This document shows positions 55,998 through 64,000 of a DNA stretch of 64,000 bases, piece by piece. The stretch is taken from the NCBI RefSeq assembly GCF_009914755.1, contig NC_060940.1. One strand, written 5' to 3'. Position 1 is the stretch's first letter, and each line of letters opens with the position of its first letter. The translations under genes were made by a program, and so were the position numbers. The notes beneath the pieces are model-generated. The model was not told where the DNA came from and did no database searches. It saw only the letters and a program-made list of their open reading frames with translations. Origin of the DNA: the human T2T-CHM13v2.0 reference genome, Homo sapiens.

Positions 55998-58900
55998 GTT
56001 TCCACTTGATTCCATTCGAACATGATTGCCTTTGATACCATTCAATGATTCCATACGGTTCCATTTGATGATGATTCCATTCGAGTGCATTAGATGATTC
56101 CATTCGAGTCCATTCGATGATTCCATTCGATTCCATTCGATGTTGATTCTGTTCAAATCCATTCGATGATTCCACTCGATTCCATTCGATGACTCCATTT
56201 GATCCCATTCGATGATTTCCTTTGATTCCCTTTGATGATCATTCCATTTGATTCAATTCGGTGATTTTATTTGATTCCATTCAGTGATGTTTCCATTCAA
56301 CTCCTTTCGATGATGATTCCATTCGACTCCATTCGATTATGATTTCATGCAATTCCATTCGATAATGATTCCCTTCAAGTCCATTCGATGATTCCATTCG
56401 ATTCCATTCAACGATGATTTGATTCGTGTCCATTCGATGATTCCATTTGATTCCATTTGATGATGATTCCATTCGAGTCCCTTTGATGATTCCATTCAAT
56501 TCCATTCTCCGATGATTTCTTTTGAGCCCATTCAATGCTTCCACTCGATTCCATATGATGATGACTCCATTTGATGAAATTCCATGATGATTCCATTCGC
56601 TTGCATTCGATGATGATTCCACTTGAGTCCGTTAGAAGATTCTATTCAATTACATTCCATGACGATTCTGTTCGAGTCCATTTGATGATTCCATTAGACT
56701 CCATTCGACGATGATTCCATTCGATGTTATTCGATGATGATTCCATTCAACTCCATTCGATGTTTCCATTCGAGTTCATTCTATTATTCCATTAGATTCC
56801 ATTCGATGATGATTCCATTCGATTCCATTTGATGATTGCATTCTATTTCATTTGATGATGATTCCATTCGAGTCCATTCGATGATTCCATTCGAGTCCAT
56901 TTAATGAATCCATTGGTTTCAATTCTATGATGATTACATTGGATTCCATTCGTTGATGATTTCATTCGATTCCATTCAATGATGATTCCATTCAATTCCA
57001 TTCAATGATTCCACTGAATTCCATACGATGATGATTCCATTTGATTTGATTCGACAGTGAGCCATTCGATTCAATTCCATGATGATTCTATTTGATTCAA
57101 TTGGTTGACATTTCCATTCGATTCCATTCGATGATGATTCCATTTGATTCCATTCAAAGATGATTCCATTCTAGCCCATTCAATCATTCCATTCGATTCT
57201 ATTCAATGATGATTCCATTCATGTCGATTTGGTGATTCCATTTGACTTCATTTGATGATGATTCCTTTCAAGTTCATTAGATGATTCCATTCGATTCCAT
57301 TTGATGATGATCCCATTCGAGTCTATTCAGTGATTCCACTCGTTTCCATTCCATGATGATTCCATTCCATTCCATTCAATGATTCCATTCGATTCCGTTT
57401 GATGATGATTTCATTCGAGTCCATTTGATGATTCCATTTGATTCCATTTGATGATGATTACATTCGAGTCCATACGATGATTCCACTCAATTCCATATGA
57501 TGATGATTCCATTCGATTCCATTCGATGATTCCAGTCTATTCTATTCAATGGTGATTCCATACGAGTACATTAGATGATTCCATTCGATTCCATTCAATG
57601 ATGATTCTATTTGTGTCCCTTAGATGGTTCCACATGATTCCATTTCATGATGATACTATTTGAGCCCATCCAATGATTCCCTTCGATTCCATTCGATGAG
57701 GATTCCATTCGATTCAATTCATTGGTGATTCTATTCAATTCAATTCTTTGATTCCATTCCATTCCATTCGACAATGATTCCATTCGATTTCCTTCGATGA
57801 TTCCACTCCATTCCACTTGACATTGATTCCATTCGATTCCATTCAATGATTCCGTTTCATTCCAGTGGATGATGATTGCCATCGATTCCATTCGATCACT
57901 CCATTCTATTCCATTTGATGATGATTACATTCGATTCCATTTGATGATTCCATCTGATTCTATTCGAGGATTCCATTTGATTCCATTCGATGATGATTCC
58001 ATTCGAGTGCATTTGATGATTTCATTCGAGTACATCCAATGATTCCATTCGAGTCCATTTGATGATTCCATTTGATTCCATTTGATTATGATTCTACTAG
58101 AGTCCATTCAATGACTCCCTTCGAATCCATTCAACAATTCCATTCGAGGCCATTCGATGATTCCATTTCATGATTCCATTCGAGTCCATTTAATCATTAC
58201 AGTCGAGTCCATTTGGTGATTCCACTGGATTTCTTTTGATAATGATACCATTCAATTACATTTGATGATGATCCCATTCAATTTCATTTGATGGTGATTC
58301 CATTAGAGTCCATTCGATGATTTCATTCGAGTCCCTTCATTGATTCCATCCGATTTCATTGGATGATGACTCCATTCGAGTCCATTCGATGATTCCACTC
58401 GATTCCATTAGATGATTCCATTGGAGTCCATTTGATTGTTCCATTCGATTCTATTCGATTCCTTTCGAAGATTATTCCATTTGAGTCCATTCGATGATGA
58501 TTCCATTCCATTCCATTCCATGATTCCGTTTGATTCCATTCGATGATTCCCTTCGATTCCTTTCTTTGATGATTCCATTCCATTCCATTCAATGATTCCA
58601 TTCGAATCTATTCCATGATGATTCCTTTCGATTCCATTCGCTGATGTTTCCGTTCAATTCCATTCGATGATGATTCCATTCGATTCCATTCATTGAGGAT
58701 TCCATTTGATTCCATTCAATGATGATTCCATTCTATTCCATTCAATGATTGCATTCAATTCCATTCAATGATTATCCCCTTAGAGTAAACTCAACGATTC
58801 CATTCAATACCATTCGATGATGATTCCTTTTGAGTCCATTCAATGATTTCATTCAAGTCCATTTGACGATTCCTTTCAATTCCCTTCTATGATGATTCAC

Positions 58901-61883
58901 TTCTCGTCCATTGGATGATTCCATTTCATTCCATTCGATGATGATTCCATTCGATTCCATTCGATGATTCCGTTCGATTGCATTCGATGATTCCATTATA
59001 TTCCAGTCAACGATGATTCCATTCGAGTCCATTCGATGATTCCTTTAGAGTACATTTAATGATTGCTTTGTTTTCAATTCGAAGATGATTACATTGGATT
59101 CCATTCTATGATACCATTCGATTCCATTCAATGATGATTCCACTCAAATCCATTGGATGATTCCATTCGTGTCCATTCGGTGATTTCATTAGATTCCATT
59201 CGAGGATGATTCCATTCGATTCCATTCGATGATTCCATTCAATTCCATTCGATGATGATTCCATTCCAGTCCATATGATCATTCCATTTGATTTCATTCG
59301 ATGATGATTCCATTCGATTCCATTCGATGATTCCATTCTATTCCATTCGATGATGATTCCATTCGAGTCCATTCGATGATTCCATTCGAGTCCATTTAAT
59401 GATTCCATTGGGTTCAATTCAATGATGATTACATTGGATTCCGTTCTATGATTCCATTCAATTCCGTTCATTGACAATTTGATTCCATTCGATGATGATT
59501 CCATTTGAGTTCATTCGATGATTCTATTCGATTCTCTTCGATGGTGATTCAATTCTATTATATTGGATGATTCCATTCGATTCCATTTGATGTTGATTCA
59601 ATTCGATTCTATTCGATGATGATTCCATTGGATTTCACTTGATGATTCTATTCGATTCCATTCAATGATGATTCACTTCTCGTCCATTGGATGATTCCAT
59701 TTCATTCCATTCGATGATGATTCCATTCGATTCCATTCGATGATTCCATTTGATTCCATGCGTCGGTGAGCAATTCGATTCAATTCCATGATGATTCTAT
59801 TTGATTCAATTAGATGATGTTTCCATTCGAATCCATTCCATGATTATTCCATTGGAATCCATTCGGCGATGATTCCATATGAGTCAATTCAATGATGATT
59901 CCATATGGGTCCGTTCGATGATAATTCCATTTGATTTCATTCGGTGCTTCTATTCAATTCCAGTCGATGATGATTCCGTTGGAGTCCATACGATGATTCC
60001 ATTTGATTTCATTTGATGATGATTCCATTCGATGATGATTACATTGGATTCCATTCTATGATTCCATTCAATTCCATTCGTTGATGATTCGATTCCATTC
60101 AATGATGATTCCATTTGAGTTCATTCGATGATTCTATTCGATTCCGTTCGATGGTGATTCAATTCTCTTATATTGGATGAATCCACTCGATTCCATTTGA
60201 TGATTATTCCATTGGAGTCCACTTAGTGAATCCTTCAGATTCTACTCGAAGATGATTCCATTCAAGTCCATTCGATGATACCATTCAATTCCATTCGTTG
60301 ATGCTTCCATTCAAGTGCATTCGATGATATCATTCGATTCCATTTGATGATAATTCCATTTGATTCCATGCGATGATTCTATTCGATTCCATTCAATGAT
60401 AATTCCATTCAGTTCAGTGATTCCTCTGGACTCCATTTGATGATGATTCCATTCAATGATTCCATTCGATTCTATTCCAAAATGATTCCATTTGAATCCA
60501 TTTGATGATGATTCCATTAGATTCCATTTGGTGATTCCATTCGATTCCATGCGACGATGATTCCATTCGATTCCATGTGATGATTCCATTCTATTCTATT
60601 CGATGATGATTCCATTCGATTCCATTCGATGATGATTGGATTCGATTCCATTTGATGATTTCATTTGATTCCATTCGTTAATGATTTCGATCAACTCCAT
60701 TCGATGATTCCATTCGATTCCATTCGATAATGATTACATCCGTGTCCATTCAGTGATTCCATTTGAGCCCGTTCAATAATTCCATTTGAGTCCAACCAAT
60801 GATTCCATTCATTTCCATTCAATGATTCCATTCGAGTCCATTTGATCATTCCGGTAGGGTCCATTCGATGTTGATTCCATTGGAGTGCATTCGATGATTC
60901 CATTCGAGTCTATTTTATGATTTGATTCGAGTCCTTTCGATGATTCCATTCGATTCCACTCGATGATGATTTCATTCGAGTCCATTCGACACTTCCAATC
61001 GATTCCATTTGATGTTTCCATTCGAGTCCAATTGATGATTCCATTCAATTCCATTCGATGATGATTCCGTACGATTCCATTCTGTGATGATTCCATGTGA
61101 TTGCATTCAATGATGATTCCTTTAGATTGCATTCGATTGTGATTCATTTCGTCTTCATTCTATGGTTCCACAGGTTTCCATTCATGTCCATTCCATTATT
61201 CCATTCTATTCCATTTGATGATGATTCCATTCGATTCCATTCATTGGTGATTCCACTCAATTCCATTCAATGATTCCATTCCATTTCTTTCAACAATGAT
61301 TCCATTAGTTTCTAATCGATGATCCACTTGATTCCATTTGACGACGATTCCATTCTTGTCCATTCGATGATTCCATTTGATTCCATATGATGATGATTCC
61401 ATTCGATTCCATACCATGATGATTCCATTCGAGTCCATTCAATGGTGATTCCATTCAATTCCATTCGATGATTCCTTTCGATTCCATTCGATGATGATGG
61501 CATTCGATTCCTTTCAATCATTCCCTTTGATTCCATTCAAAGGTGATTTCATTCAAGTCCATTCGATAATTGCATTCGATTCCATTCTATGATGATTCCA
61601 TTCGAGTCCATTTGATGATTCCATTCAATTCAAGTCAATGATGATTCCATTCGATTCCATTCGATGATTCCATTGGATTCCATTCGATGATGATTCCATT
61701 CAAATCCATTCGATAATTCAATTCAAGTCCATTCGATGATGATTAAAATCGAATCCATTCAAAGATTCCATTCAGTTCCATTCGATGATTCCCTTAGATT
61801 CTATTCGATGATTCCACTTGATTCCATTTACGATGATTCCATTCGATTCCATGTGATGATTCCATTCAATTCTATTCAATGCT
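55998..61883 (+). repeat. Unit U11 (5,886 bp = 6,112 - 72 - 23 - 170 - 10 + 49)
   Basis: First half shares the deletions of U6, there is a 49-bp gain near 58891, and the second half shares variants with U8. Confidence 0.86.
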
Positions 61884-64000
61884 GTTTCCATTTGATTCCA
61901 TTCGACCATGATTGCCTTTGATTCCATTCAATGACTCCATTCGGTTCCCTTTGATGATGATTCCGTTCGATTCCATTTCATTATTCCATTTGATTCCATT
62001 GGATGAGTCCATTCGATTACATTCGATGATTATTCCATTCGAGTGCATTAGATGATTCCATTCGAGTCCATTCGATGATTCCATTCGATGTTGATTCTGT
62101 TCAAATCCATTCGATGATTCCACTCGATTCCATTCGATGACTCCAGTTGATCCCATTCGATGATTTCCTTTGATTCCCTTTGATGATCATTCCATTTGAT
62201 TCAATTCGGTGATTTCATTTGATTCCATTCAGTGATGTTTCCATTCGACTCCATTCGATGATGATTCCATTCGACTCCATTCGATTATGATTTCATTCAA
62301 TTCCATTCGATAATGATTCCCTTCGAGTCCATTCGATGATTCCATTCGATTCCATTCAACGATGATTTGATTCGTGTCCATTCGATGATTCCATTTGATT
62401 CCACTTGATGATGATTCCATTCGAGTCCATTTGATGATTCCATTCAATTCCATTCTCCGATGATTTCTTTTGAGCCCATTCAATGCTTCCACTCGATTCC
62501 ATATGATGATGACTCCATTCGATGAAATTCGATGATGATTCCATTCGCTTGCATTCGATGATGATTCCACTTGAGTCCATTAGAAGATTCTATTCAATTA
62601 CATTCCATGACGATTCCGTTCGAGTCCATTTGATGATTCCATTAGACTCCATTCGATGATGATTCCATTCGATGTTATTCGATGATTCCATTCGATCTCA
62701 TTCGATGATGATTCCATTCAACTCCATTCGATGTTTCCATTCGAGTTCATTCTATTATTCCATTAGATTCCATTCGATGATGATTCCATTCGATTCCATT
62801 TGATGATTGCATTCTATTTCATTTGATGATGATTCCATTCGAGTCCACTCGATGATTCCATTCGAGTCCATTTAATGAATCCATTGGTTTCAATTCTATG
62901 ATGATTACATTGGATTACATTCGTTGATGATTTCATTCGGATCCATTCAATGATGATTCCATTCAATTCCTTTCAATGTTTCCATTCAATTCCATACGAT
63001 GATGATTCCATTTGATTTGATTCGACAGTGAGCCATTCGATTCAATTCCATGATGATTCTATTTGATTCAATTGGTTGACATTTACATTCGATTCCATTC
63101 GATGATGATTCCCTTTGATTCCGTTCAAAGATGATTCCATTCTAGCCCATTCAATCATTCCATTCGATTCTATTCAATGATGATTCCATTCATGTCGATT
63201 TGGTGATTCCATTTGACTTCATTTGATGATGATTCCTTTCAAGTTCATTAGATGATTCCATTCGATTCCATTTGATGATGATCCCATTCGAGTCCATTCA
63301 GTGATTCCACTCGTTTCCATTCCATGATGATTCCATTCCATTCCATTCAATGATTCCATTCGATTCCGTTTGATGATGATTTCATTCGAGTCCATTTGAT
63401 GATTCCATTTGATTCCATTCGATGATGATTCCATTCGAGTCCATTCGATGATTCTATTCGAATCCATTTGATGATTTCTTTTGATTATAGTTGGTGATGA
63501 TTCCATTGGAGTCCATTCAATGATTCCATTTGATTCCAATCGATGGTGATTCCATTAGAGTCCATTTAATGATTCCATTTGATTCCAGTCTCTGATGATT
63601 ACATTCGAGTCCATACGATGATTCCACTGAATTCCATATGATGATGATTCCATTCGATTCCATTCGATGATTCCATTCTATTCTATTCAATGGTGATTCC
63701 ATTCGAGTACATTAGATGATTCCATTCGATTCCATTCAATGATGATTCTATTTGTGTCCCTTAGATGATTCCACATGATTCCATTAGATGATGATACTAT
63801 TTGAGCCCATCCAATGATTCCCTTCGATTCCATTCGATGAGGATTCCATTCGATTCAATTCATTGGTGATTCTATTCAATTCAATTCTTTGATTCCATTC
63901 CATTCCATTCGACAATGATTCCATTCGATTTCTTTCGATGATTCCACTCGATTCCACTTGACATTGATTCCATTCGATTCCATTCAATGATTCCATTTGA
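61884..64000 (+). repeat. Partial unit U12, truncated by the window end
   Basis: Matches U9 at +16,094, then at +16,084 after a 10-bp deletion near 62085. Confidence 0.87.

Larger units (their letters stand above)
1..64000 (+). repeat. Human satellite II (HSat2/HSATII) pericentromeric tandem array, CATTC strand on +
   Basis: Seen: continuous ATTCCATTCGATTCCATTCGATG(ATG) and ATTCCATTCGAGTCCATTCGATG monomers of 23/26 bp across the window with no unique sequence. Established: CATTCGATTC plus GATGAT spacers distinguish HSat2 from the purer (CATTC)n HSat3. Inference: a ~6.1 kb period suggests HSat2B of chr16q11.2. Confidence 0.97.

Noticed and set aside
33366-61921. Short plus-strand ORFs (MMIKIESIQRF..., MIPFDNDS...)
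   Set aside because: Chance open frames of 61-67 aa inside satellite, appearing or vanishing with single variants.
356-63996. Many 60-132 aa minus-strand ORFs rich in MESS/NGIIEWN
   Set aside because: They are translations of the GAATG strand, which is ATG-rich and stop-poor. They overlap in several frames, recur with the repeat period, are broken or fused by indels, and resemble no protein family I recognise.
1-64000. CRISPR-like or other repeat-spacer system
   Set aside because: The 23/26-bp repeats are contiguous with no unique spacers, leader or associated genes.
1-64000. Strand inversion within the array
   Set aside because: No GAATG-oriented tract was seen on the + strand; polarity is uniform.
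1-64000. HSat3 or alpha satellite identity
   Set aside because: No long pure (CATTC)n runs, no 171-bp period and no CENP-B box were seen; CATTCGATTC with GATGAT spacers indicates HSat2.

Overview
The whole 64 kb window is one uninterrupted tandem satellite array with the hallmarks of human/great-ape classical satellite II (HSat2/HSATII). It is built from diverged CATTC pentamers arranged as 23- and 26-bp monomers (ATTCCATTCGATTCCATTCGATG[ATG]), with CATTC on the + strand throughout. I see no genes, transposons, RNA genes or CRISPR array, and every listed ORF is a translation artefact of the repeat. The monomers form a nested tandem repeat whose canonical length works out to 6,112 bp; from recalled literature this best fits the HSat2B array of 16q11.2 (inference, not checked). 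About 11.3 units are present and no complete unit is exactly canonical. Unit lengths are fully accounted for by discrete indels: two different 429-bp gains, 971- and 903-bp deletions, several small monomer-sized indels, and a ~1.83 kb divergent HSat2 island present twice, 28,420 bp apart. Offsets of 28,420 and 16,094 bp suggest an emerging multi-unit super-repeat. I found no evidence of a new protein-coding or defence-type system; the interest lies in array architecture and turnover. Coordinates were read by eye using ORF positions as landmarks, so breakpoints are approximate (about +/-25 bp).
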